From a candidate division BRC1 bacterium HGW-BRC1-1 (GTDB lineage Bacteria; Sumerlaeota; Sumerlaeia; Sumerlaeales; Sumerlaeaceae), in the NCBI GenBank assembly GCA_002842095.1, contig PHCB01000006.1, forward strand, positions 206,044-270,043: a stretch of 64,000 nt of DNA. Reading direction: 5' to 3'. Shown piece after piece: positions 29,778 to 37,976 of the stretch (position 1 is its first letter; each line of letters starts with the position of its first letter). The position numbers were made by a program, and so were the translations under genes. A model generated the notes under the pieces. It was not told where the DNA came from. It saw nothing but the letters and a program-made list of their open reading frames with translations, and searched no databases.

Positions 29778-31265
29778 ATGACCATGGAAGCCCAGACTCT
29801 CATCGATTGCGTTGAACGCATCCGCGAGCACTTGCTGCGCGAGGACGCGACGCTGGGTGAACGCCTGGCGGGACTCCGGGTGGCGGATCATCGCAGTGCT
29901 GATGCAGGGTTGATGGCTGCGAAAAGCGTGGCCGTGGCTGCGGGGATCGATGATTCTACCCCCGCGGGTCGGCGCGATGTGCAGATGACGATGGTGGGAA
30001 TGGTCGGGATCGCAGAGGGCAACGGCACGGTGGCCGAGCCGGGCGCTGCGCTGGCAAGTCGCGCTGGCGCATCGCGGAAACGATCGCGCGCGCCGCTGGG
30101 CTTGTCGGTGCAGGAAGTGGAGTTGCGCGCCCGGAGCCTGCGTGATGGTCTGGCCGCCACCGCTGCGCTGGCCGAAGCGGTGGCCTGCGTGCGCAAGGTA
30201 TATCCGGGCCTCACGGGCACCCGCGCCCACGAGTTTCTCGCGGCCATCGGCTATCCCGCGCCGGTACCGTCGGTGGCACAGGTGCGTTTTGCCGGGCGAC
30301 TGGGGATCGTGGACGGCGATGTTTCCGCCACGCTGGCACAAGACCAATACGTGCAGCGGGTGCAGTTTGTCGGCGGGGAAACCGGCGAGGGAACGCTGGC
30401 GGTGGATCATCTGTTGGCGCTGTTCAGCGGTGCGCGATTGTCGCGCGGGTTGGAGCCGGTATGCGGCGCGCGTCCGCGCTGCGCGATCTGTCCCGTGTCG
30501 GCCCTTTGTGAGTATTTTGCGAAACAGGAGACGCCGAAGCCGGGCGACGGGGGCAATGGCGCGACGGCGGACAAGCATCTCTCCATTAAAGAATGGGCGG
30601 CGCCGGAGCGGCCCAGAGAACGTCTTCTGGCGGGCGAGAACCTGAGCGACAGCGAGTTGGTGGCGATCCTCCTGCGCACGGGCAGCCGGGGCAAATCCGC
30701 GGTGGATGTGGCGCGGCGACTTCTGGCCGACCATTGTGACAATGACCTGCGTCGTCTTGCTGAAAAATCGCCGCATCAGCTGAAGGAAGTCTCCGGACTG
30801 GGCGAAGCCCGGGCGGCAACCATCTGCGCCGCCATCGAACTGGGGCGGCGCGTGGCCAAGGGCGAACTGGACCGCCGCACCCATTTGCCTGTATTTCTTA
30901 ACAGCGCTGCCGTCTTCGAGCATTTTCGCTCGCGTTTCATGCACGCACGACAGGAGAAGTTCCTTCTGTTGACACTGAACACGAAGAATTGCATGACGCG
31001 GGAAGTGGAAATATCCTCCGGCAGCCTCAACGCGAGCATCGTGCATCCGCGTGAAGTGTTCCGCGAGGCAATAATGGAGAGTTCGGCAGGCGTGATAGTT
31101 TTACACAACCATCCCAGCGGCGACCCAACACCCAGCGCGGAAGACCGCGCGTTGACCAAGCGATTGGTCGACGCGGGGAAACTCCTCGGTGTGAAAGTGC
31201 AGGACCACGTCATCATCGGCGCGACGAGCTGGTACAGCTTCGCGGATTCGGGCTGGCCCACATGA
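29778..31265 (+). CDS. radC: RadC/JAB protein with N-terminal HhH-GPD-like region and [4Fe-4S] FCL motif
   Basis: ERPRERL..G..NLSDSEL.AILLRTG, HPREVF, HNHPSGDPTPSAED, DHVIIG; upstream C-x6-C-x2-C-x5-C. Confidence 0.9.
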   Translation: MTMEAQTLIDCVERIREHLLREDATLGERLAGLRVADHRSADAGLMAAKSVAVAAGIDDSTPAGRRDVQMTMVGMVGIAEGNGTVAEPGAALASRAGASRKRSRAPLGLSVQEVELRARSLRDGLAATAALAEAVACVRKVYPGLTGTRAHEFLAAIGYPAPVPSVAQVRFAGRLGIVDGDVSATLAQDQYVQRVQFVGGETGEGTLAVDHLLALFSGARLSRGLEPVCGARPRCAICPVSALCEYFAKQETPKPGDGGNGATADKHLSIKEWAAPERPRERLLAGENLSDSELVAILLRTGSRGKSAVDVARRLLADHCDNDLRRLAEKSPHQLKEVSGLGEARAATICAAIELGRRVAKGELDRRTHLPVFLNSAAVFEHFRSRFMHARQEKFLLLTLNTKNCMTREVEISSGSLNASIVHPREVFREAIMESSAGVIVLHNHPSGDPTPSAEDRALTKRLVDAGKLLGVKVQDHVIIGATSWYSFADSGWPT

Positions 31266-32227
31266 CGCCGCAACCTCCCGCCGTTCTCTCGATTCAAAAT
31301 CTGACCAAGAAGTTTGGTCGCCACGTAGCCGTGAACGATCTCTCGCTGGAGGTGCAGGAGGGCGATCTGTTCGGATTTCTCGGCCCCAACGGCGCGGGCA
31401 AATCGACCACGTTTTATATGCTGGCCGGGTTGGTGAAGCCCACGTCGGGACGCATCGAAATTTTCGGACGGCCCCATACGGACCTCGCAGAAGTTCGCAC
31501 CCGCATGGGCGCTCTCATCGAGATTCCCGCGTTTTACGAGTATCTCACTGGGCGCAAAAATCTGGAACTGCTGGCGCGTCTGCAACCCGGCATTCCCCGC
31601 CACCGCGTGGACGAGGTGCTGGAACTGGTGGGGCTGGAGGATCGCGGCCGCGACCGCGTGCGCGAATACTCCCACGGCATGAAGCAGCGGCTGGGCATCG
31701 CGCAGGCCCTGCTCAACAACCCGCGCCTGCTGCTGCTGGATGAACCCACCAGCGGTCTGGACCCCGAAGGCAGCGGCCAGATGTGGGACCTGCTGCGCCG
31801 CCTCGCCCGCGAGGAGCGCATCACGGTTGTCATCTCCAGCCATCTGCTGCACGAAGTTGAAGAGGGATGCAACCGCATCGCCGTCATCAATCAAGGCGTG
31901 CTGGTGGCGTGTGATCAGGTGCGCAACCTGCTCTTTTTTTCCAAGGAAGATTACGTGCTGGTGTTCGACACACCCACGGGTCGCGCAGCCGCAGAGCTAT
32001 GGCTGCACGAGCGCGAAGGGATCGAAGTGTTGCCGGTACTGGAAACCCCGCTGGGCATGGGCGTGGCCGACGATTGCAGCGTGGCCGTGCGAATCCAGCA
32101 GGGCCTCGCCAGCGGCGTGATGGGCGAGCTGGTCGGGCGGGACCTGTCACCAAGAGCCATGATCCCCCAGCGCAAAACGCTGAAGCAGTTCTTCCTGGAA
32201 CTAACAAGACGCCAACCCGCCCGCTGA
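31262..32227 (+). CDS. ABC-2-type exporter ATP-binding protein
   Basis: GPNGAGKS, YSHGMKQR, LLLDEP, SSH; ATGA overlap with radC. Confidence 0.92.
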   Translation: MTPQPPAVLSIQNLTKKFGRHVAVNDLSLEVQEGDLFGFLGPNGAGKSTTFYMLAGLVKPTSGRIEIFGRPHTDLAEVRTRMGALIEIPAFYEYLTGRKNLELLARLQPGIPRHRVDEVLELVGLEDRGRDRVREYSHGMKQRLGIAQALLNNPRLLLLDEPTSGLDPEGSGQMWDLLRRLAREERITVVISSHLLHEVEEGCNRIAVINQGVLVACDQVRNLLFFSKEDYVLVFDTPTGRAAAELWLHEREGIEVLPVLETPLGMGVADDCSVAVRIQQGLASGVMGELVGRDLSPRAMIPQRKTLKQFFLELTRRQPAR

Positions 32228-32271
32228 GGGCGCGACCAGCAAACCCGACCGTGTTGCTGTCAGATTTGCTG

Positions 32272-32289
32272 ATCGTCCATTTTGTCCAT
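32272..32289 (-). repeat. 9-bp tandem array, 2 x ATGGAC-NNN
   Basis: Minus strand: gggggg atggacaaa atggacgat. Confidence 0.7.
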
Positions 32290-32306
32290 CCCCCCGTGCG
32301 CCGGGT

Positions 32307-35036
32307 TTACACCCGACGCAGAACCACGCATTTCAGATATTCCGACTCGGGGAAGCCCAACAGCACCGGGTGATCCGCCGGTTGGCCGCCACGAGCCACG
32401 ATCTGCATTCTCACACCGGCGTTGCGCGAGGCGCGTTCGAGCATTTCCTCGAACTCCCCGGGCATTACCTGTTGCGAGCATGAGCACGTGATGAGCACGC
32501 CACCGGGCGTTAACTTCTTCATGGCGTGGTAATTCAGGCTCAGATACGCCTTGAGCGCCTGGGGCACATGCACGCGCGATTTGGCGAAGGCCGGCGGGTC
32601 GCACACGATCACATCGAAGAAACCGTGCTGCGATTTTTTGTCGGCCATCCAATCGAAGGCATCGGCTTCTTCAAAGGTGACCACCGTTGCGTTATTGGCC
32701 TGGGCCGCCTGTCGCGCCATGGCAAGGGCCGTGGCTGACGAGTCGACTCCGATGACCTCGCGCGCGCCCCACTGGGCCGCGCACATGGCCCACCATCCAA
32801 CGTGGCAGAACATGTCCAGCACGCGTGCACCCTCACAGTACGGCTTCATGAATTTGCGGTTTTCGCGCTGGTCGAGATACAGGCCGGTCTTCTGGCCCTG
32901 GGCCGGATTGGTGAACAGCGTCACGCCGTCCACGTTTACCTGAAACTGCTCGGGCAGTTCGCCGCGCACGTGGGCTTCGCCGCGAATTTCCAGACCTTCG
33001 CGTCCACGCACATGACTGTCAGACCGCACCACCACGACGCTGTCCGGGAAATGCTTCTGCAGTTCCGCCACGCAACGCTCGCGCAGACGGTCGACCGCAA
33101 AGGTCAGAACCTGCACCACCAGCACGTTGCCGATTTTGTCGGCGATGAGTCCGGGCAGCCCGTCCGCATCGCTGAACACAACGCGGAACGAACCTTCCAC
33201 GAGGTCATAATGGACACGTCGCCGGTCCACTGCGGCTGCAATGGCCTTCTCGACGTAATCGCCATCGAAGCGCTCGGTGTTGGGTGAGAATATGCGCGCA
33301 CGAATCTTTGACTGGCCATTATAAATGGCGCTGCCAAGGAAACGGTCGTCGGCGTCGAACACATACACCGTGCCGCCGTCCTCGGTTTCACCCGCGACGG
33401 ACTTCACCATGTTGTCGAAAATCCACACGAGCCGGATGCGCTGCGTGCGGGTTTCTTCGCGCGTAACAACCATGCGAGGACGCGGGCCCACCGGACCGGT
33501 TGAAGGAGCTGAGGCAAAGGGGCGCGAAGCTGCGGGGGAATCCGTGGCAGTCTCTTCGCCATCGTCTTCGCCATCGTCTTCTCCACCTTCGTCGTCACCC
33601 GATTCTTCGTCTTCGTCGTCTTCATCCGAATCGGCAGCGTCGTCACCCTCTGCTTCTTCGTCTTCGAAATCTTCATCGAGATCCATCGAGCGGCTGTCGT
33701 CGAATACGACGTCATCGTCGTCCTCGTCAAAAGCTCCACCCATGGAGCCGATATCACCGTTTTCAATCTCGTCTTCCTGGGCGTCTTTTGCAGCCTGGAG
33801 AGCCGAGACTTCGTTGATCAGATTGACCGACGGCCGTGGTTTTGGCCGCAGCGGATCGCGATCTTTGGTCTCCGTATCACGGGAGCGATACCGTGGCACG
33901 GGATACTCGGTGTCGTCGCGCTCGGGCACAGTGGGTCGTGCCGGCGGACCAAACCTGCGATCGTCGCGCCCTTCGCCCCGCTGGTCGCCGTCTTCACGCT
34001 GGCCCCAGGGTTTGTAAACTTTGCCACCGCCACCACGGTCTTCGCGGGGTCGGTCGCCATACGGACGCGGCTTGTAACCGCCGCCACCGCCACTGCCACC
34101 ACGGGGAGGCCCGTCACCATAGGGACGCGGCTTATAGCCACCCTCTTCGCGGGGCCGGAAACCACCACCACCTTCGCGGGGTTTGTAGCCGCCTCCGCCT
34201 TCACGCGGTTTGAAACCACCACCCTCGCGGGGCTTGTCGCCATAGGGGCGCGGCTTGAAACCGCCACTGCGTGGGGGGCCGTCTCCGTAAGGGCGAGGTT
34301 TGTAACCGCCCTCCTCACGAGGACGATCGCCGTAGGGACGCGGCTTAAACCCGCCGCCGCTGCCACCTTCGCGCGGCTTGAATCCACCGCCACCGAATCC
34401 ACCTTCACGGGGCTTGAAACCACCTTCACGGGGTTTATAGCCACCGCCGCCCTCACGGGGACGATCGCCATACGGGCGTGGCTTGTAACCGCCACCGCCT
34501 CCGCCTTCGCGGGGTTTGTATCCACCACCACCTTCACGAGGCTTGTCACCATAAGGACGTGGCTTGTAACCGCCACCACCTCCACCTTCGCGCGGCTTGT
34601 AGCCACCGCCACCACCACCGGAATAGCCACCTTCGCGGGGCTTATAGCCGCCTCCACCCTCACGGGGCTTGAATCCACCTTCACGGGGACGATCGCCATA
34701 GGGACGTGGCTTGTAACCGCCACCGCCTGCGCCTTCACGTGGCTTGTAACCGCCCCCACCACCGCCAGAGTAGCCACCTTCGCGAGGCTTGTAGCCACCG
34801 CCGCCTTCACGGGGCTTGTACCCGCCACCGCCGCCGCCACCGGAGTAACCGCCTTCGCGGGGCTTGTCGCCATAGGGGCGCGGCTTATAGCCGCCCTCGC
34901 GGGGAGGACCACCTTCACGGCGCGCAGGAGGTCCGTCATCACGTCGCCAACCACCACCACCGCTCCCACCAAACTTGCCACCCGATTTTTTATCGGTGTC
35001 AGGGCGCCGCTTATCAAACTTATCGAACCGCTTCAC
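32307..35036 (-). CDS. rlmI: RlmI-type class I SAM rRNA m5C methyltransferase with ~500-aa low-complexity N-terminal extension
   Basis: DADGLPGL..D, GQKTGLYLDQRENR, VLDMFC, DPPAF, TCSCS, DHP..PESEYLK; GTG start at 35036 with GAGGAG RBS, sharing one base with the upstream TAG. Confidence 0.85.
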   Translation of the reverse strand: MKRFDKFDKRRPDTDKKSGGKFGGSGGGGWRRDDGPPARREGGPPREGGYKPRPYGDKPREGGYSGGGGGGGYKPREGGGGYKPREGGYSGGGGGGYKPREGAGGGGYKPRPYGDRPREGGFKPREGGGGYKPREGGYSGGGGGGYKPREGGGGGGYKPRPYGDKPREGGGGYKPREGGGGGGYKPRPYGDRPREGGGGYKPREGGFKPREGGFGGGGFKPREGGSGGGFKPRPYGDRPREEGGYKPRPYGDGPPRSGGFKPRPYGDKPREGGGFKPREGGGGYKPREGGGGFRPREEGGYKPRPYGDGPPRGGSGGGGGYKPRPYGDRPREDRGGGGKVYKPWGQREDGDQRGEGRDDRRFGPPARPTVPERDDTEYPVPRYRSRDTETKDRDPLRPKPRPSVNLINEVSALQAAKDAQEDEIENGDIGSMGGAFDEDDDDVVFDDSRSMDLDEDFEDEEAEGDDAADSDEDDEDEESGDDEGGEDDGEDDGEETATDSPAASRPFASAPSTGPVGPRPRMVVTREETRTQRIRLVWIFDNMVKSVAGETEDGGTVYVFDADDRFLGSAIYNGQSKIRARIFSPNTERFDGDYVEKAIAAAVDRRRVHYDLVEGSFRVVFSDADGLPGLIADKIGNVLVVQVLTFAVDRLRERCVAELQKHFPDSVVVVRSDSHVRGREGLEIRGEAHVRGELPEQFQVNVDGVTLFTNPAQGQKTGLYLDQRENRKFMKPYCEGARVLDMFCHVGWWAMCAAQWGAREVIGVDSSATALAMARQAAQANNATVVTFEEADAFDWMADKKSQHGFFDVIVCDPPAFAKSRVHVPQALKAYLSLNYHAMKKLTPGGVLITCSCSQQVMPGEFEEMLERASRNAGVRMQIVARGGQPADHPVLLGFPESEYLKCVVLRRV
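34020..34920 (-). repeat. Coding Gly/Arg/Pro/Tyr peptide repeats
   Basis: 9 x KPRPYGD and about 20 x [KR]PRE(G/E)G separated by poly-Gly; synonymous codons vary between copies. Confidence 0.95.
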
Positions 35037-37276
35037 TATTGGATCTCCTCGGGCGCCGTTGAAAATGAATCGTTGGGGGCAGGCTCGCGCTTCGCCTGAT
35101 AATTGCCCACATCCCATATGAATACAGGGGAAAAGCCAATGCGATATTGGAAATCGCGATTTTGATCGCCAACAGCACTCGTCGACAACGCACGCGCATT
35201 CTCTGGAGCGACCTCCGCGCCCAGCATATCTATAGCAGCCAAGGCTCCGGGGGGTGACGGCCGCAGTGAAATTAATTCCTCCTCACCCGGTTGGGATGTC
35301 CAAACAACATGGATTTTTCCCGGCACTTTGCTCGATTGGGGCAAAATTTGGAAGGTATTCACCGTTGCCCTGCCCTGCGTGGTGGTCTGGTCGGGAGCCA
35401 GTTGCAGCAGCAAAAACTGCAACAGATTGAACGCCACCGCAGCGGGTTTCGGGCGAAAAGCAGAATCAAGAAGTCCGCTGTGGGCGGACGCCTCTCCCTC
35501 CCAGGGCAGCCGCTCGCTGTCGCGAAGCTCGCTCCAGAAGGTCTTGTTCACCCCTCCCATCAGCGCGGTGGTGTAGCCCCGCACCAGCCAGTTGGCTTGC
35601 TCGGTCTCGTTCACGCCACCGGGCATGGTGCTCCACCCCAGCCCTGTCAGCCAGACTTCCTTGTCTTTTGTCCCACTGCGCAGGAGGATATCCTGTAACG
35701 CTGCGGTTTGCTCGGCCAGCTTCATTTGCGAGGGCAGCAACCGACCCGACGTTTGCGGGTCCAAACGCACGCTGACCACGTCGATCAACTGGGCCAAACC
35801 GTCAGCCAGCAGCGCCTCCATGAACTTCAGATCAAACCCCTCGGTGGAACCGGCCACCACACGGGGCCCCGCCGACACCCCCCGTACTTCCGCAGCGGTG
35901 GATTTCACCAGCTCGCGATATGCCTTCACGTCGGGCTTGGGGCTCCACCGCGTTGTGTTGGGGTTCACCCATATTTCGTATCCAAGAATTTTCATCGCAT
36001 AGCGTTCCACCATGCCGCGCACCCAACCGCGCCAGAGCAGCAAATCGCCGGGCGTTGTGGGCGCTTCACCCTGCTTGCTCCAGGCTGGCGGATGCGTGAT
36101 CGTGGTGATGAGGCGCAGATGTTCCGCGCGATAGGCATTCACCACGCGATCCATGCGATCCCAGTCGAAGATCAGCGGGGCCGTTTCCATACGATCCCAA
36201 TGGAAAGTCTCAATCGCCCAGAAGCCGCCCAACCGCCGATGCCAGCGCAGCATGCGGGTCGCATCGGCGATGGCCGCTTCATCCGTGGCCGACGCCATGT
36301 CGGCGCTCTTCACGCCAAACGGTGCGTTGTAGTTCAACGCCTCGCGGGGTGTGATGCTAAACGAAGAAAGCGATGAACGGTCGTGGGAAACAACCGTCGC
36401 CGTTGTGGGCAGACCCTCAAGGCGCACGAGGTAACCCATCACGCTGGTCGTGGTTACACCGTCGGGTTGCGGCTGAGTGGCTGCCTCGGGGAGCTGCGCG
36501 GCGGGATCGTTGCCAATGTACTCCTGCCGGTGGCCGGTCGCCTGGGGCAGTTCAGGCGCCGACTGCGCCGTGAACGTCACCTCGACGGACAGTTGTCCGG
36601 GTGTATGAAGGCGAATGGTGCGGTCGAATTCCGAAACGAAATCTTTAACATCCTGCGTTGTGGGGGTTGGACGCGCGATGGGCTTGATTGCCCGCACACT
36701 GTAATCCACGGCATTGGAAGCGAGTTCCGCCACCGAAAGATTGCGGGCCAACACGAGCGAGCCGCGACGATCGCGCACCTCCACGTGGGCACCACGGGGC
36801 ATGGTGCCTTCGCCAAAGAACCGCACATTACCCGTCAGCGGAAAACCGTTCATCACGACGAGTTGACCATCAAACCCGTCAAAAAAGAATGTGGTGCCCA
36901 GTCGGCCCTCGGATTTCACGGGCAGACGGATGGGCGAAACGGTGCGCCACTGGGGTTCGAAAATCTGAAGTTCAACTTCGTTCATGGTGCGTGCAAACAG
37001 GGTGGCCGTGGCGCGACCATCGCGCATCTGCAACTGGCGCGGCACCTCCAGCGAATCGGAGTCAGGCGTATAAACCCACAGCTCTCCAGTCAGCGCCACC
37101 GGCACGCTCGTTGCGGGGTCCACGGCTTGAAAAGTCACTTCGGCGTCGCGCTGCAAGGGCAGCCAGGCATCGCCTTTCACCACAACCACCGCTTCGCCGG
37201 ACGAAGCCACACCCTGCGCAGCCAACAGCATGACCGCCGCTGCCGCCATCATTCTCACACGCAACGCGAGACGCAT
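35036..37276 (-). CDS. Secreted protein with a clan GH-A (GH39/GH5-like) TIM-barrel lacking both catalytic Glu
   Basis: Signal peptide; FHW..ME..P..FDW..MD..V, PAW, YEIWVNPN, VWLTGLGWST, GLL....PKPA. Start 37276 or 37315. Confidence 0.75.
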   Translation of the reverse strand: MRLALRVRMMAAAAVMLLAAQGVASSGEAVVVVKGDAWLPLQRDAEVTFQAVDPATSVPVALTGELWVYTPDSDSLEVPRQLQMRDGRATATLFARTMNEVELQIFEPQWRTVSPIRLPVKSEGRLGTTFFFDGFDGQLVVMNGFPLTGNVRFFGEGTMPRGAHVEVRDRRGSLVLARNLSVAELASNAVDYSVRAIKPIARPTPTTQDVKDFVSEFDRTIRLHTPGQLSVEVTFTAQSAPELPQATGHRQEYIGNDPAAQLPEAATQPQPDGVTTTSVMGYLVRLEGLPTTATVVSHDRSSLSSFSITPREALNYNAPFGVKSADMASATDEAAIADATRMLRWHRRLGGFWAIETFHWDRMETAPLIFDWDRMDRVVNAYRAEHLRLITTITHPPAWSKQGEAPTTPGDLLLWRGWVRGMVERYAMKILGYEIWVNPNTTRWSPKPDVKAYRELVKSTAAEVRGVSAGPRVVAGSTEGFDLKFMEALLADGLAQLIDVVSVRLDPQTSGRLLPSQMKLAEQTAALQDILLRSGTKDKEVWLTGLGWSTMPGGVNETEQANWLVRGYTTALMGGVNKTFWSELRDSERLPWEGEASAHSGLLDSAFRPKPAAVAFNLLQFLLLQLAPDQTTTQGRATVNTFQILPQSSKVPGKIHVVWTSQPGEEELISLRPSPPGALAAIDMLGAEVAPENARALSTSAVGDQNRDFQYRIGFSPVFIWDVGNYQAKREPAPNDSFSTAPEEIQ

Positions 37277-37332
37277 CGCTCTCACTTTCGCAGCCCCAGA
37301 TCGGGCAGCCATCATATTCAACAAAGCGGCGG

Positions 37333-37566
37333 CTACAGCTCCGCCCCACCCTCGAGTTTGTAGCCTTCCTCTTCCACCGCCGCCTCCAGCGCATGCTGGT
37401 CGGGCGGGTCGTGCTCGTAGGTGATCGTGGCGATATTTTCGGCCAGCACCACCTGTGCGTCCGACACACCCTCCACGCCCATCAGCGCCTTGGTGACCGC
37501 ACGAACGCAATGATTGCAGGTCATGCCTTCAATGCGCAATACCATGGATTTCGCTTTTCCCGCCAT
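37333..37566 (-). CDS. copZ: Heavy-metal-associated (HMA) copper chaperone
   Basis: IEGMTCNHC..AV..AL..VEGV; AVEEEGY. Confidence 0.9.
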   Translation of the reverse strand: MAGKAKSMVLRIEGMTCNHCVRAVTKALMGVEGVSDAQVVLAENIATITYEHDPPDQHALEAAVEEEGYKLEGGAEL

Positions 37567-37569
37567 GGG

Positions 37570-37839
37570 TCAGTACTCCCTGTTGTTGATGGGCACCGCC
37601 ACCGCTGGAGGATCCGCGCGCCAATACTCAGCCCGCCTCGGTGGCGACACCTTGCGCCACACATGGCCGCAGCTATCGGACCACGTGGTTGGATAGTATG
37701 ACGGCGTGGCGATGACATATGTTCTCCCGCCGACCAAACGCGTGCAACCCACCGGCGACGGATTGACGCCACACTGCGCCTCCGCCGAGCCGCAAAGCCC
37801 CGCAACACAAAGCATCAGCAAAAAACCGCGACCCATCAT
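37570..37839 (-). CDS. Small hypothetical secreted protein
   Basis: Signal-peptide-like N-terminus (..SAEA/Q); stop 3 nt before the copZ start; fills a gap in a co-oriented run. Confidence 0.45.
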   Translation of the reverse strand: MMGRGFLLMLCVAGLCGSAEAQCGVNPSPVGCTRLVGGRTYVIATPSYYPTTWSDSCGHVWRKVSPPRRAEYWRADPPAVAVPINNREY

Positions 37840-37921
37840 AGCCCTAACCTCATCAGAAAAATCTTCGACCAAACAACCAAACCAGACATCACCGGTCAAG
37901 AGCCGATGAACGATCTCCCAG

Positions 37922-37966
37922 TTTGTCCATAGTGTCCATTACGTCCATTGAGTCCATACCGTCCAT
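37922..37966 (-). repeat. 9-bp tandem array, 5 x ATGGAC-NNN
   Basis: Minus strand: atggacggt atggactca atggacgta atggacact atggacaaa, followed by ctgggag. Confidence 0.95.
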
Positions 37967-37976
37967 CGCTTCCCCC

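Noticed and set aside
29778-32227. radC as a marker of a prophage, ICE or defence island
   Set aside because: No integrase, att sites, phage or conjugation genes, and no evident compositional shift; it has the long chromosomal-type RadC core.
33818-35017. 399-aa Val/Ala-rich alternate-frame ORF within the RlmI repeats
   Set aside because: A frame-shifted reading of low-complexity repeats; the Gly/Arg frame has the RBS and continues into the methyltransferase.
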